From NCBI GenBank assembly GCA_964653715.1, contig CAZZGX010000027.1:1836-65835 (forward strand): 64,000 bases of DNA. The letters run 5' to 3'. The translations under genes and the position numbers were made by a program. The notes beneath the pieces are model-generated. The model saw only the letters and a program-made list of their open reading frames with translations. It was not told the origin of the DNA and ran no database searches. The DNA is from an uncultured Candidatus Saccharibacteria bacterium (GTDB lineage Bacteria; Patescibacteriota; Minisyncoccia; Ryanbacterales; GWA2-47-10b). Positions 39,468 through 49,684 of this stretch are shown in pieces (position 1 is the first letter of the stretch; the number at the start of each line of letters is the position of its first letter).

Positions 39468-40436
39468 TTATCGCAAATATTTTGCTTTATTTTTTTTATG
39501 CTCTTCAAAGGTTTTCGCGTAATGCATAGCACCCGCTAAATCGGAAAGGTAGTAATAATAGGTGGTTTTTTCGGGAATGAGCGCCGCGCGAATCGCATCA
39601 AGCCCCGGGTTTGATATAGGACCGGGTGGAAGGCCTTTATGCGCGTAGGTATTGTAAAGATTTTTTTCGTTACTCAAATCAGTCACCGTAAGCTCGTGGC
39701 TTTTCTTACCTGTGGTATAGGCAAGGGTCGCGTCAACTTGTAGCGGGATTCCCTCTTCCAGCCGTCGCCATAAAATCCCCGAAATAATTTGCCGATCCTT
39801 ACTTATCGCGGCTTCTTTCTCGAGAATTGATGCCATAGTTATTAATGCATATTCGTCTTTGCCGCTTCGAGCGATATCATTTTTCAAAGATTGTGTCTTT
39901 GACTTAAAATTTGCAAGAAGTGTCTTTATGACTTCATTGGGTGAAGCAAGCTCAAAAAATCGATAGGTATCCGGAAATAAAAAACCCTCAAGGCCTCGCG
40001 GATATACACTAGCAAAATCTCCGCGCGCAATTTTTAAGAAAGATCCTGCGTCACCGAGGCCTTTTTTTTCAAACACCATTGCGATATCCTCAAGCGTAAA
40101 GCCTTCCGGGATGACAATGGTAACTTCTTGCCTACCTCGAATGAGTACCGCAAGCACTTGAAAAATTGACATCGGCTCCTCAAATACAAATCGCCCCGCG
40201 CCAAGTTTGTTTTGAAGTCCTCCAATATAGGCAATCGCCTTAAAAACGCTCGCAAGGCGAATAACGCCATGTTCTTTGAGTAGTGTAGCAATACCATCAG
40301 CACTCATCCCATGCTCAATAAGAACTGGCATATCATGCGGGCGAGGCGGAATAATAACGCCAAGCGAGTACCCAAGCACAAGAAACACGACAAGAATGCC
40401 AACTAGACTCGCTTTAAAAAAAACTTTTTGGATCAT
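39468..40436 (-). CDS. mltG: Endolytic murein transglycosylase MltG (YceG-like)
   Basis: N-terminal TM, then a YceG domain with LPPGPISNPG and the catalytic Glu region. Confidence 0.85.
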   Translation of the reverse strand: MIQKVFFKASLVGILVVFLVLGYSLGVIIPPRPHDMPVLIEHGMSADGIATLLKEHGVIRLASVFKAIAYIGGLQNKLGAGRFVFEEPMSIFQVLAVLIRGRQEVTIVIPEGFTLEDIAMVFEKKGLGDAGSFLKIARGDFASVYPRGLEGFLFPDTYRFFELASPNEVIKTLLANFKSKTQSLKNDIARSGKDEYALITMASILEKEAAISKDRQIISGILWRRLEEGIPLQVDATLAYTTGKKSHELTVTDLSNEKNLYNTYAHKGLPPGPISNPGLDAIRAALIPEKTTYYYYLSDLAGAMHYAKTFEEHKKNKAKYLR

Positions 40437-40789
40437 TACTCGACGCTTATGAGGCCCCCTATTTCGGGATAGAGATGATCATGATAGCGCCATTTACCTG
40501 CTTCCCCGAAGGTAAACGACCAGGACGCGTCTGGTGCAATCGGCCGCTTGGGATCGAATTCTGTGTAAATTTCGTGTGTGGGATGGATATTGGACGCGGG
40601 CCAGTGTTCATTTTTACCATCGTTGCGAAATTCCATGGTCTCGCCCTGTTTAATTGTAATATTAACTGGTTCAAAACCATCGTCTTTCATATTCATAACA
40701 ACGATAGGTCCACCGCCTTTTTTAAAAATAAAAAAAAGAAGAGCAACGATAATCCCTACTAGCAGTATAACAATAATATTTTTTTTCAT
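40436..40789 (-). CDS. Small secreted cupredoxin-fold-like protein (no Cys ligand)
   Basis: Signal/TM, then EPVNITIKQGETMEFRNDGKNEHW...HP, the beta-sandwich pattern seen in cupredoxin/EfeO-N-type domains. A copper site is not evident. Confidence 0.4.
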   Translation of the reverse strand: MKKNIIVILLVGIIVALLFFIFKKGGGPIVVMNMKDDGFEPVNITIKQGETMEFRNDGKNEHWPASNIHPTHEIYTEFDPKRPIAPDASWSFTFGEAGKWRYHDHLYPEIGGLISVE

Positions 40790-40811
40790 AGGAATAGTAA
40801 TAGTGTATCTG

Positions 40812-42542
40812 CTAAGGAACCTCTATGGCAAGTAAGCTGCCGTCGGGTTTGATCGGACGGATCTCGAACGCCGGATAGAGCTCTTTGAATTGATCCCGCC
40901 TTCTCGCCCATAGCGTCTGGTTCATAAATATGGTAAACGGACGCTGATAGTAAGTCAGAACGCTTTCTGGATCAATGACCTCAGCGTTTTGGCCACGCAT
41001 GAGAGAAACTTCCATCCACGTCTTCCATAGATGCGGCGCCCCCCAAGAATAAAAAGGATATACGCTATCCGCAACCAAATAAAAAGTATATGGCTTTTGC
41101 AAAAATCTCTCTTCAATGTAGCGAGCAGTGCCTCCCACGTCATTTCCCTTCACGAATCCTTCAGATACAAAATCATAAAAGATCTGAAAATTAGAGAGCG
41201 CTCCTGCGACAATAATAAGTACAACGAGCGTCCGTCCAAAATAGGGCACAAAACTCTCTAAAAAACTTCCCATTCTTTCGAGCCCCCCGATTATAAGCCC
41301 CGCAACAAAGGGGAGGAGCAAAAGATAGCGGGTATAATTTGGATTTTTTGTAAGAAACAAAGCATAAAAAAAATAGAGAAAAAGGAATGACCCGACAATG
41401 AGCATTTCTTCGGGGCGTTTTTTTAATTTAAAAAGAAAGAATACAAGGCCTATCCACAATAAAATTCCGGAAATAGGATCGACAAACCCGTGCCCATAAT
41501 TTGGATATATGTACCCGTGGTCATGGCTATTTTCATTGAAAACGAGTAAACCCTTTTTTACATTATCGTAAAAAGCTTCGATGATTGTACCACTATTGTT
41601 CCAAGATTTCTGAAGTTTCTGGCCTTCCGAGAAAATCATAATCTGCTCACGGGAATACACGGCGCCAAACCCGGGAGTCTTGAGCGTGGCAATACCAAGA
41701 GGAATTATAACGACGAGAAAGCCGAAAAAAGAGACGCTTCCATTTTTAAAAAGAGTTACAAATGGATACTTCCCGCGAAAAAACATCGCCATAGACAAAA
41801 GAAAAAGGAGCCAGAGGAAAATGACAATCCGTGCTGGAAAATAATTGTAAAAGCCAAGGCCGGCCATCGCGCCACCTAAAAAAGTTTCAAAAAAAGATTT
41901 TTTCTGAAATCCGCGCAATAGCAAAGAAAGGGAAACTACTTCAATGAGTAGCGCCACATTGTCGCGCATCGCCATTCGACTGATCGCAAGAAGCGCGTGG
42001 TTTGAGCCCACAAGTACGGCTCCTGAAATCGCGAGCAATCTCCCCCAAAAAAGCCTGAAGAAAAAATATGAGGCGGCAATGATACAAAGGCCCGAGAGCG
42101 CGTGGAGAATACGAATATGATAGACAGTTACACCCCCAAGCAGGCGCGCGAGCCAGCCCCACAAAGCAAAAATAAACGTTGGAAAATAAAAATAGCTGCT
42201 TAAAGAAAAAATGTCTGTATTTTTGTGCGCAAGTTGTTTTGAGAAATACGTAATCGTGAGCTCGTCGGTATTCATCTGATACGGGACACTTGAGAGTCCT
42301 AAAAAATATATGGGCGCGAATACAAGGATAAGCCCGATACCTATTAAAATATCGCGCGGTGCAATAGATACAAAGTATTTTTCTCTTTTATAAAAAAATG
42401 CCGCGAACAAAATGATTGATGCGATCCAGAAAAAAACTACCCACACGCTATATCCAGAGTGGTTATATATGTACCCGCCCAGCACCGTGGAAATAGTGCC
42501 TGAGGCAAACAATGAAATTATTTTGGAAGGCGCAAAGCGCAT
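40812..42542 (-). CDS. GT-C superfamily membrane glycosyltransferase (ArnT/PMT-like, GT39/GT83-type)
   Basis: About 12 TM helices with an N-terminal loop-rich region similar to dolichyl-phosphate-mannose / undecaprenyl-phosphate-sugar transferases. 576 aa. Confidence 0.55.
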   Translation of the reverse strand: MRFAPSKIISLFASGTISTVLGGYIYNHSGYSVWVVFFWIASIILFAAFFYKREKYFVSIAPRDILIGIGLILVFAPIYFLGLSSVPYQMNTDELTITYFSKQLAHKNTDIFSLSSYFYFPTFIFALWGWLARLLGGVTVYHIRILHALSGLCIIAASYFFFRLFWGRLLAISGAVLVGSNHALLAISRMAMRDNVALLIEVVSLSLLLRGFQKKSFFETFLGGAMAGLGFYNYFPARIVIFLWLLFLLSMAMFFRGKYPFVTLFKNGSVSFFGFLVVIIPLGIATLKTPGFGAVYSREQIMIFSEGQKLQKSWNNSGTIIEAFYDNVKKGLLVFNENSHDHGYIYPNYGHGFVDPISGILLWIGLVFFLFKLKKRPEEMLIVGSFLFLYFFYALFLTKNPNYTRYLLLLPFVAGLIIGGLERMGSFLESFVPYFGRTLVVLIIVAGALSNFQIFYDFVSEGFVKGNDVGGTARYIEERFLQKPYTFYLVADSVYPFYSWGAPHLWKTWMEVSLMRGQNAEVIDPESVLTYYQRPFTIFMNQTLWARRRDQFKELYPAFEIRPIKPDGSLLAIEVP

Positions 42543-43627
42543 TGATCGCGATACTCGGATTCTACGTTAGCGCAGAATTTTTTTAAATCATCCGTCGAGG
42601 TAAGTACCTGCGGCGCGCGGTCAAAAATAACATCATAACAAGCTTTTTTCTCGGCCTTGTCAGTGAGCATCTGGCAGAAATTGAGAGCATCTTTTTGCCC
42701 CGTAGGATCCCAGAAGGTATCCTGTGCCGCGCCGATAAGACAGCCGATGCGCATTGTGCCTGCGGGGGCTGACGTACATGCCTCCTTGGCACCCAAGGGA
42801 TTCGCCCGGAAAACGCCTCCCACGTCGCGCCCCATGCTTTCGAAACAGGTTCTTTGATACAGTTTGGGCACTTTGGAGCACTCGCTTCCAATTTTTTTGA
42901 AATCGCCCGCAAAGAGCTGTATCATCCGGGATGTTTGGAGAAAGTAACAAGATCCTTTATATTTGTCTTCAACATCGGTACAGGGATACTGGGGATCATT
43001 ATTTAAATATTTTGTTTTGTGGCCGTCTTTTTCATCAAGCCCACCGACAATATTTTCCATAAACACGCCGGTCCAACAGGAATCAAACCCTTTTGTCAAA
43101 AGATCGCAACTTTTGAGCGCGTCCGGAAGGGCGTAGTTTGTCCATGCCATAAGGCCATGCCCGACACCATGGAGACATTGATGAGAAAAAAATGGATTGA
43201 GTTCTGAATTGCAGATAACGTTTAAACTTTGAGTGAGGTTTGCTGTTCCATGTTCTTTGAAATAGGCTTCGGTGGCGCCGTGATAACATCCCGAATGACA
43301 TTCGGCGCTACAGAGTTGAAATGCTTTTTCGTTATATATCTCATACGCAAAGCGGCCCGCCTGATGCGCCGTTTGGTGACAATCGCCGAATTGCGGCACA
43401 AGTTCGTTAAGATGTTGTACAGTTTTTGTCGGCCCGAATTTTTTTATATACGAATAGAGATCATCATCGTTTTGAAAAAGATTCGCAGAATCAACGGCAA
43501 TAGATTCATTATAGGGACGAGGCGGCGCGGCTATCCGTGTTTTCGTGAAAATCTTCGGGATTGCCAAAAATGAAAACCCGCCCAAAAGAAAAAGTACTGC
43601 TGCTGTAAGAAAATATTTTACCTTCAT
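42518..43627 (-). CDS. Secreted cysteine/histidine-rich repeat protein (hypothetical)
   Basis: Signal anchor MKVKYFLTAAVLFLLGG. Recurrent C-x2-4-H-x-(G/A) units appear (CHQTAHQAG, CHSGCYHGATEAY, CLHGVGHGLMAW) among about 22 Cys. Start moved to ATG 43627 to abut the upstream gene. Confidence 0.45.
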   Translation of the reverse strand: MKVKYFLTAAVLFLLGGFSFLAIPKIFTKTRIAAPPRPYNESIAVDSANLFQNDDDLYSYIKKFGPTKTVQHLNELVPQFGDCHQTAHQAGRFAYEIYNEKAFQLCSAECHSGCYHGATEAYFKEHGTANLTQSLNVICNSELNPFFSHQCLHGVGHGLMAWTNYALPDALKSCDLLTKGFDSCWTGVFMENIVGGLDEKDGHKTKYLNNDPQYPCTDVEDKYKGSCYFLQTSRMIQLFAGDFKKIGSECSKVPKLYQRTCFESMGRDVGGVFRANPLGAKEACTSAPAGTMRIGCLIGAAQDTFWDPTGQKDALNFCQMLTDKAEKKACYDVIFDRAPQVLTSTDDLKKFCANVESEYRDQCALRLPK

Positions 43628-44424
43628 TTTTTTAAATTTTGAAAAAGATATAGCGCCCCCCAAAGGGCCGCTGCATCGCCAAGCTCCGCTTTTTTAACCG
43701 GCGGATGATCTTTAAAAATAGTAAGCGTTTTTTGGAGCGAGAGCTGAATCTTGTCAACTTGAATATCGTCGCGCTTCATAATAGCGCCGCCCAAAATGAC
43801 AACATCCGGAGACCAAAATACTATCATATTCTGCACCGCTGAAGCGATAAAATGTCTCTCGCGACTCCAAACCGCCGTATCATTAATTTCAAATGACGGC
43901 GTGTGGAATTCGACCCCCAGTGCGCTTCCGGAAATAAAAGATTCGAGCTCGCGATTTGTTGTAGCTTCTATGATTTGATGACCTATCTCGAAGCCATAGG
44001 CATTCTGGTCGATGGCTCCCTTTACAATACGCGCGCCTCCGACACCCGTGCTGATCGTCATATACGCTATAATTTCATATCCCTTCCCCGCGCCCATGGT
44101 GGCCTCCCCTAATCCTGCGAGTGCGGCGTCATTTTCAAGATATACGTCTTTGCCAAAAATCCTCTCAAGGTCTTGTTTTATACTTTTACCGGCCCAGTCT
44201 GCCAAGTGAGGAGCCGCGCGCAATACGGATTTATCTTTATTAAAAGGGCCGGGAAATCCCCCAACCACCGCCTCCGGTGAATATTCTTCTTTTATTTTTG
44301 TAAAAAGCGAAAGACCTTCTTTATAGTTTGGCAAGGTCGGCAAAATGGTAAGCTCACCTATGGTTTTACCATCTGAGAGCGCGTAGCGCGTCTTGGTACC
44401 GCCTATATCGAATACCAGTATCAT
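43624..44424 (-). CDS. ROK family glucokinase
   Basis: N-terminal DIGGTKTR and ROK signature YLENDAALAGLGE. 266 aa. Confidence 0.75.
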   Translation of the reverse strand: MILVFDIGGTKTRYALSDGKTIGELTILPTLPNYKEGLSLFTKIKEEYSPEAVVGGFPGPFNKDKSVLRAAPHLADWAGKSIKQDLERIFGKDVYLENDAALAGLGEATMGAGKGYEIIAYMTISTGVGGARIVKGAIDQNAYGFEIGHQIIEATTNRELESFISGSALGVEFHTPSFEINDTAVWSRERHFIASAVQNMIVFWSPDVVILGGAIMKRDDIQVDKIQLSLQKTLTIFKDHPPVKKAELGDAAALWGALYLFQNLKK

Positions 44425-45365
44425 TGATAAAGTTCTTTTTTGAAACCTTCAATCGCTGAAACTTTTTCCTGACGAACGCCGCCTCGTTCTCCTAAATAGT
44501 ACGCGGCCCAGCACGCGAAGAGTACCGAAGAAAAAATCGATAAAAATCTTTCTCCCCGAAGCTTAATCTCCGTAACGGGAAACCCTCGTTTTTGATACAG
44601 TCTCTGCGTGAGCTTCATACGCCTTGAAATTTGCGGATGATCTTCTGGATCATATATAAAAATAAAATGGAATGGATTCGCCCGTGATACCGTACTAAAA
44701 CCTTCCATTTCGTTATGATTGAGTTCTGGGAAAACATTTGAAAACGCGGGTATTTTTGCGGTCTCATTAAGAGTTATTTTCCAAAAATATGCGACTGCTT
44801 CGTTTTTTGTAGACGTGTATATGACAGGAATTTTTTCAAAGAGACTTTCGGCACATTGTTTCCCTTCTGCCTCGGCCGCCCGCATATCAAGCATACCAGC
44901 AAGTTTCGTCAACTGATCGGCTTCGTTTTCCCTTTGCATCATTGTGAGCACGGCCTTTGCGCTAAAACCTACTGCCATACGAGGCTGAATATCCGTATCG
45001 GGCAAACGTATAAACGGTACACTATTCTCCTCCGCGCGCTTCAAAAGCTCTCCTCCCGTGCTAATAGCGCCCTGCGCATATCCTTTTTTGGCTGCCTCCT
45101 CAAATGCATCGAGTGTTTCTTCCGTATTGCCGGAATACGAGCTCGCTATCACCAACCCTTCACGAAACCAGCTGGGAAGACCGTAGCTTCTATGAGCGAC
45201 GACTGGCAAATCCGCAAAACAAGCTTTCAAAAGCCCCGCGGAAAGCGCCGAGCCGCCCATTCCTGCCAATAAAAAATGATTGGTTGCGGCATACGCCTCC
45301 TTATTTTCTATTTCAAATTCATGGGAAAATTGAGAAGGAAAATTTTCTATAGCCTCTTTCATCAT
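44421..45365 (-). CDS. Bifunctional phosphoglucose/phosphomannose isomerase (SIS domain, archaeal-type PGI/PMI)
   Basis: Signature SYSGNTEET and a second SIS half. About 310 aa. Confidence 0.75.
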   Translation of the reverse strand: MMKEAIENFPSQFSHEFEIENKEAYAATNHFLLAGMGGSALSAGLLKACFADLPVVAHRSYGLPSWFREGLVIASSYSGNTEETLDAFEEAAKKGYAQGAISTGGELLKRAEENSVPFIRLPDTDIQPRMAVGFSAKAVLTMMQRENEADQLTKLAGMLDMRAAEAEGKQCAESLFEKIPVIYTSTKNEAVAYFWKITLNETAKIPAFSNVFPELNHNEMEGFSTVSRANPFHFIFIYDPEDHPQISRRMKLTQRLYQKRGFPVTEIKLRGERFLSIFSSVLFACWAAYYLGERGGVRQEKVSAIEGFKKELYQ

Positions 45366-45377
45366 TTTGAGTATACC

Positions 45378-46526
45378 TTATTTTTCTCTCATTGCCCTAG
45401 CCACAGTTTTAACCAAACGTGTATCAAAAAGAGTTGGCATAATCCGATTGGGTTCGGGATGTGCAACCAACTTTGAAAGGGCGTGAGCCGCGCGAAGCTT
45501 CATACTATCGGTAATGGAGCGCGCCTCGCAGTCGAGTACCCCGCGAAACACGCCCGGAAATACAAGCGCGTTATTAATTTGATTCGGGAAATCGCTCCGC
45601 CCTGTGGCTATGACCCTAGCACCAGCGCGGTGTGCCTCGACCGGCATGATTTCAGGCATGGGATTTGCAAGAGCAAAAACAATAGGATCCTTTTTCATGA
45701 GACGAATATGGTCCTCGCGTAAAATCCCGCCGCGGGAAACTCCTATAAAAACATCGGCGTCTCGTAGCGCCTCATCCATCCCACCCCGCCGGTTCTGCGG
45801 ATTGGTACGATCTCGAAGTTTTTTCTTATACGGCTCGAGATCCGAGCGTCCCGTTGAGATAATCCCATGGCTATCAAGCATAATGATATTTTTTGCGCCA
45901 GCTCTTATGAATAAGTACGCCACCGCAGTCCCTGCGGGACCCGCCCCGCTTACAACAATGCGTACACGAGCGATGTTTTTTTTCACAACCCGAAGCGCGT
46001 TGAGAAGTGCCGCAAGCACGACGATCGCCGTTCCATGCTGATCGTCGTGCATGACGGGGATATCGAGCGCGCGCAAAAGACGCGATTCTATTTCAAAACA
46101 GCGCGGCGCGGAAATATCTTCAAGATTGATTCCGCCGAAGGCAGGAGCGATTGCTTTTACGGTATCAATAATTTTTTCGGTATCTTGTGTTGCGAGCGCA
46201 ATAGGAAACGCATCAATGTTCGCAAATTTTTTAAAAATGACGCATTTACCCTCGAGCACCGGGAGCGCTCCTTCTGGCCCGATATTACCGAGACCCAGAA
46301 CCGCCGATCCATCAGAGACGACGGCAACGCTATTTTTTTTAATGGTAAAATCGCGAAGCTCTTTTTTATGACGCGCTAAATACGAGCTGACTGCTCCCAC
46401 GCCCGGCGTATAGAGAAGAGAAAGATCATTCATAGATTCAAGCTTTCCTTTATTCCGTATTTCGATCTTTCCTGCGAGTTTCCTATGGAGCCGCAACGCT
46501 TCTTTCTGAAAATTATCTCTCGCCAT
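45378..46526 (-). CDS. NAD(P)-dependent malic enzyme (short, MaeB N-domain type)
   Basis: LSLLYTPGVGAVS, NAD-binding GAGPAGTAVA, and the malic enzyme catalytic Lys/Asp context. Confidence 0.85.
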   Translation of the reverse strand: MARDNFQKEALRLHRKLAGKIEIRNKGKLESMNDLSLLYTPGVGAVSSYLARHKKELRDFTIKKNSVAVVSDGSAVLGLGNIGPEGALPVLEGKCVIFKKFANIDAFPIALATQDTEKIIDTVKAIAPAFGGINLEDISAPRCFEIESRLLRALDIPVMHDDQHGTAIVVLAALLNALRVVKKNIARVRIVVSGAGPAGTAVAYLFIRAGAKNIIMLDSHGIISTGRSDLEPYKKKLRDRTNPQNRRGGMDEALRDADVFIGVSRGGILREDHIRLMKKDPIVFALANPMPEIMPVEAHRAGARVIATGRSDFPNQINNALVFPGVFRGVLDCEARSITDSMKLRAAHALSKLVAHPEPNRIMPTLFDTRLVKTVARAMREK

Positions 46527-46528
46527 AC

Positions 46529-47302
46529 TTACGCGATGCTCCGCCCCCCATCGACAGCGAGTACCTCGCCGGTTACAAAATCCGCGTCAAGCAAATAGAG
46601 GATTGCTTTGGCGATCTCATCCGCCCCTCCCCAATGGCCAAGCGGCGTGCCTGAGACAACCTCACGGTTTTCCTCTTCCGTTAAATTCGGTGGCGCGAGT
46701 ATCGGCCCCGGGGCAACCGCGTTGACCAAAATTGTTGGCGCCAACTCTTTTGCGAAAGATTTTGTAAGGCCTACTACCGCCGCCTTTGCGGCATTATATG
46801 GCAAATGGTCTTTGTAGGGGCGTTCAAGGGCAGACCAGTCAGAAATGGTAATAATCTTTCCTTGTACACTGCCGACGTTTTTTCCTTCAACAACGATCGG
46901 CATACCTTTGTTTTTCAAAAATTCATCTCCCATGGCCTTTCCTAAAAGAAACGTGCTCTTGGCGATAATATCCATGTTTTGATTCCAATCGGCCTCAGAA
47001 AGAGTTTCCCACGGAGTGGTGGGATAAATCGCGGCCATATGGATAAGTATGTCGATCTTCCCAAATTCTTTCTTGACCGATTCGACAAGTTGAGCGACGT
47101 CCACGGATCGTGATAAATCCGCCTTGAATAGCGTGACCCGGGCGCCCTGTTTTTCTGCTTCGCGCCTAGCACCCTCAACTTCTTTTTCAGATTCTAAATA
47201 GGTGAGCGCGATGGATGCCCCTCGCATGGCCAAATCCCGTGCAACGCTTACACCAACACGCGCCGCTCCTGTGAGTATGACAACTTTATCTTTAAGATTC
47301 AT
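46529..47302 (-). CDS. SDR family oxidoreductase
   Basis: TGAARVGVSVAR (TGxxxGxG-type) and YNAAK catalytic motif. Confidence 0.8.
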   Translation of the reverse strand: MNLKDKVVILTGAARVGVSVARDLAMRGASIALTYLESEKEVEGARREAEKQGARVTLFKADLSRSVDVAQLVESVKKEFGKIDILIHMAAIYPTTPWETLSEADWNQNMDIIAKSTFLLGKAMGDEFLKNKGMPIVVEGKNVGSVQGKIITISDWSALERPYKDHLPYNAAKAAVVGLTKSFAKELAPTILVNAVAPGPILAPPNLTEEENREVVSGTPLGHWGGADEIAKAILYLLDADFVTGEVLAVDGGRSIA

Positions 47303-47353
47303 AGAATAAAAACAATAGTACCATCATAGCGTTATGCGTAAATTAAATAAAGT

Positions 47354-47389
47354 AAAAAAATCCCCCCGCCCGAGGCGGGGGGATTTTTT
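47354..47389. terminator. Strong bidirectional intrinsic terminator (A7-ATCCCCCCGCC-CGA-GGCGGGGGGAT-T6)
   Basis: Perfect 11-bp GC stem with flanking A/T runs, 12 nt downstream of the major pilin stop. Confidence 0.85.
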
Positions 47390-47400
47390 CATCGAAACAT

Positions 47401-47892
47401 TTAACGAGTTATTACAATAGAAGCAGCGTTGCCTACCTCACATGAACCAACAGTGACAGAGTTATTTGCGTTCTTGATTAAGTAATAACCAGTTTTCCCC
47501 GCATTCCATGTACCTGTTTCAGCAGGACTTATTGGTATAGATCCCAAGTGACCTCCTGTCTGCAGAGCTGTTAGATCAACACAATTAGTACCTGCGACGG
47601 GAACGCATGGAAGATTTGAGGCGGCAGTACAAGCAGCGCCAGTATTTGTCCCTATCATATAGTTTGTACCAGCAGTCAGAAGCGTGATTGAAGGAATATA
47701 ATTTCCTCCGTTATCAACCTGATTGACGCGAACCGCGCTCAAAATTGCAGATACATCCGCAAAGCGGCGTGAGTCACGCGCGTCTCGAAAGCGCTTTAAG
47801 GGATCAAGTGCGACAAATACGATCGCCGCGAGAATCGCGATAATGGCGATAACGATTAAAAGTTCAATTAATGTAAATCCTCGTTTTTTCAT
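47401..47892 (-). CDS. Type IV major pilin (prepilin-type N-terminal cleavage/methylation domain)
   Basis: MKKRGFTLIELLIVIAIIAILAAI is the class III signal G/FTLIE. It has its own strong terminator. Confidence 0.9.
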   Translation of the reverse strand: MKKRGFTLIELLIVIAIIAILAAIVFVALDPLKRFRDARDSRRFADVSAILSAVRVNQVDNGGNYIPSITLLTAGTNYMIGTNTGAACTAASNLPCVPVAGTNCVDLTALQTGGHLGSIPISPAETGTWNAGKTGYYLIKNANNSVTVGSCEVGNAASIVITR

Positions 47893-47975
47893 ATGCTTAA
47901 AAAATATTTCAATAATACCTCTATTATATTTTATCTACGCAATATAACGAATTAAGTTATCCACAGGAGTCCCTT

Positions 47976-49682
47976 TTACTTGATTTTCTCAAGGTATTTC
48001 GCAGCCGCCCAGCCTTCTTTGCCTTCGCTGATCTTAATTTTGAACCAGCCGTTTGACTCGTCCACAAGCATATATTTCTCGCCTGGGTTGACCTTTTGAA
48101 TCAAAGTCCCAGAAACCGATGGTGTCTCGCGCACATTGAGCCAGCCCGTTTCAGTGCTTTTTACAAGAACGTAGGTCCCAGATTGGATCGACTCGTTGTT
48201 ACTAAGAGTAACTTTTCCAACGAGATTCATTACCTTCGGGTCATCTGTTTTCTCAAGAGTCGTGATTTCAATGCTTTCAAGTTGATATTGGATGTGTCGC
48301 GTATTAAGATTTTCTACCATAACCGTGAACAACTGCTTGGCATCGGCATCGGGATAGGCCACCCACACATACGCCTCTTTTGAAGAACTAATCGGCGCAG
48401 GCGCAAGTTTTTCCCCGCTTCGCAATTCTTTTTCCGCCTCAGAAAGAGAAAAAATAATCGCCTCGCTTTCCGAAACGGATTTTTGAGACGTAATTTCAAT
48501 ACTGCGGCCGTGTAAATTTTGATCGGTATAACTTGCGGTTTTAAACGCCAGTGGAATTTTTATATTCAGAATTTCTTTCTTTGAAAATTGCGCGGCTGGT
48601 TGCGACACGATGGTTGCTTGGGGGAGAGGAAAAGTCGGCATTTTTTTTGTGTTCCATCTCAATCCTACTAATAAAAGAAAAACGAGAACACCCATAGCCA
48701 TAACAATATTTTTTCTTGAAAAGTAATTATTCGTGTTTTTTCTCGCGTCGTTCCCAGAAAGGGCGAGGCGCGGCGAATTCATATCCCAAAGGGCCAACGC
48801 CGCTCCGACTGCTTTCATGCACCGCGTTCCACTCGAATAAATACTTACTCCGATCTCGGCAGGAATCGAAAGATTTGTTTCAAAAAAAGACGCTGACCCA
48901 CCGAGACGCGCCAACTCCCCGCCGAGTACAATTTTTTTAATATCATGCCCTGTGGTTTTTTTAAAATAGGAAACGCCGCGAGCAATTTCAGCGGCTATCG
49001 GTTCAAGCGCCTTGATCACGGTGAAAAAGTTTTTGTCGTTTTTACCGCTTAAATTTTCCTTCTCGAGATCAACCTCGCCAATGCCCGGCAGTGCGTATGA
49101 CGAATGAAAAACACCTCGATCAAAAAAAGAAACAAAAACTGCCGTTTTGCCAAGCTCAACGAGCGCCAATGCCAAATCTTCTTTTTGATTGGCAAGACCT
49201 CGGAAGAGTGCCGCGGGCTCTGGATCAAAAAACGCGATTTCAATCCTCAATTTTTGGAAAAATGCCTCCCATTCATTGAGCCACTCCCTGCTTGAAGCGA
49301 TAATGCTGAGACTTGAGCGCGAAAAGACAAGGTCTCTCCGGTCGAGCGGGATATTTTTTTCCGCTTCTTTTCGAAGCGTATCCGTCAAATCTTCACTCTC
49401 TTTTGAAACAAAAAAATGCGAATAGACAAGGTTTTCGGGAAGCGCAAACGTAGCTTTTCTTACCAAAATCGGCCTTGGTTCCGCTTCAAGAAGCGTTTTT
49501 TTGAGAGCGTCAAAAAGCTTTTGTTCGTTCTTGATTCTCCCCTCCTCAACCACGCCCGGCTCGAGCGTCTTTCTGCCAAGATTTTTTATTCTTGGCCTGT
49601 TAAATTGCGCAAGCTCCGCTATTTCTATTGAGTGGTCGTCGATGCTGATGCCAACCGAATGCGAAAAAAATATATTTTTCAT
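47976..49682 (-). CDS. pilM: Type IV pilus assembly protein PilM fused to PilN-like TM segment and C-terminal SH3b domain
   Basis: Actin-like PilM N-domain, mid TM (IVMAMGVLVFLLLVGL), and a C-terminal SH3b-like region (GWLNVRETPSVSGTLIQKVNPGEKYMLVDESNGWFKIK). Confidence 0.75.
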   Translation of the reverse strand: MKNIFFSHSVGISIDDHSIEIAELAQFNRPRIKNLGRKTLEPGVVEEGRIKNEQKLFDALKKTLLEAEPRPILVRKATFALPENLVYSHFFVSKESEDLTDTLRKEAEKNIPLDRRDLVFSRSSLSIIASSREWLNEWEAFFQKLRIEIAFFDPEPAALFRGLANQKEDLALALVELGKTAVFVSFFDRGVFHSSYALPGIGEVDLEKENLSGKNDKNFFTVIKALEPIAAEIARGVSYFKKTTGHDIKKIVLGGELARLGGSASFFETNLSIPAEIGVSIYSSGTRCMKAVGAALALWDMNSPRLALSGNDARKNTNNYFSRKNIVMAMGVLVFLLLVGLRWNTKKMPTFPLPQATIVSQPAAQFSKKEILNIKIPLAFKTASYTDQNLHGRSIEITSQKSVSESEAIIFSLSEAEKELRSGEKLAPAPISSSKEAYVWVAYPDADAKQLFTVMVENLNTRHIQYQLESIEITTLEKTDDPKVMNLVGKVTLSNNESIQSGTYVLVKSTETGWLNVRETPSVSGTLIQKVNPGEKYMLVDESNGWFKIKISEGKEGWAAAKYLEKIK

Positions 49683-49684
49683 TT

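Noticed and set aside
47960-47968. Perfect DnaA box TTATCCACA upstream of pilM
   Set aside because: It is a single isolated 9-mer, with no cluster, no AT-rich DUE, and no dnaA or dnaN nearby. It is most likely chance and is not evidence of an origin.
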